Of a stretch of 64,000 nt of DNA, positions 63,948 through 64,000 are shown piece after piece. Under the pieces are notes generated by a model. It was not told where the DNA came from. It worked only from the letters and a program-made list of their open reading frames with translations, and made no database searches. The translations under genes and the position numbers were made by a program. The stretch is from positions 1 through 64,000 of IMG/VR virus record IMGVR_UViG_3300043270_000050; one strand, given 5' to 3'. Source of the DNA: a virus. Each line of letters starts with the position of its first letter. The first letter of the stretch is position 1.

Positions 63948-64000
63948 ATGCTTGCTTGGGACACCGAGACGGATTTGATCCGTCCCGCCGTGGCGGCGCC
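63948..64000 (+). CDS. 5' end of a DNA polymerase A / 3'-5' exonuclease-type gene (partial, runs off the window)
   Basis: MLAWDTETDLIRP matches the ExoI DxE motif context (D-T-E-T). Confidence 0.45.
   Translation, partial: MLAWDTETDLIRPAVAA

Overview
By eye this is one contiguous, high-GC stretch of a virus or prophage genome. I found no rRNA, tRNA or CRISPR array. Plus and minus strand modules alternate. (1) 1-600: a non-coding left end with a 22-bp tandem repeat and palindromes. (2) 0.6-14.4 kb (+): small early-type genes separated by a repeated intercistronic stem-loop/RBS module, including a DUF932-like protein, a ComM/YifB-like ATPase and a Dam methyltransferase. (3) 14.4-29.6 kb (-): a virion-type block rich in membrane proteins and beta-rich 139-224 aa proteins, with a 945-aa protein carrying two peptidoglycan-binding repeats, a transglutaminase-like protein, a 743-aa low-complexity protein and a tyrosine integrase. 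(4) 31.5-33.8 kb (-): a four-gene radical-SAM/SPASM cassette. (5) 33.9-37.1 kb (+): RuvC-like resolvase and Nudix hydrolase. (6) 37.6-51.9 kb (+): a spike/fibre module with four tandem glycine-rich paralogs, a C92-type peptidase and a metzincin. (7) 52-56 kb (-): RadC, two paralogous beta-rich proteins and SleB-like hydrolases. (8) 56.3-64 kb (+): a replication module with a primase-polymerase/VirE-like helicase, an iteron-rich putative origin, a Cas4-like nuclease, an intein-containing SNF2 helicase and the start of a DNA polymerase/exonuclease. I could not recognise an HK97-type capsid protein, a portal or a terminase. The most unusual feature is a family of six copies of a ~45-bp leader (MNQxIKRIxFEN) at 7.0-7.9 and 9.8-10.4 kb. 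Each leader is fused to a (GGTCGN)n hexamer array, and the copies form a chain of ATGA-overlapping mini-ORFs that encode Ser-[Arg/Trp/Gly] dipeptide repeats. Other notable items are the phage-borne rSAM/SPASM plus signal-peptide mini-protein cassette, six small very basic Cys-containing proteins, and a non-canonical (Ala-1) intein in the SNF2 P-loop. All functional calls come from motifs read by eye, with no database search.
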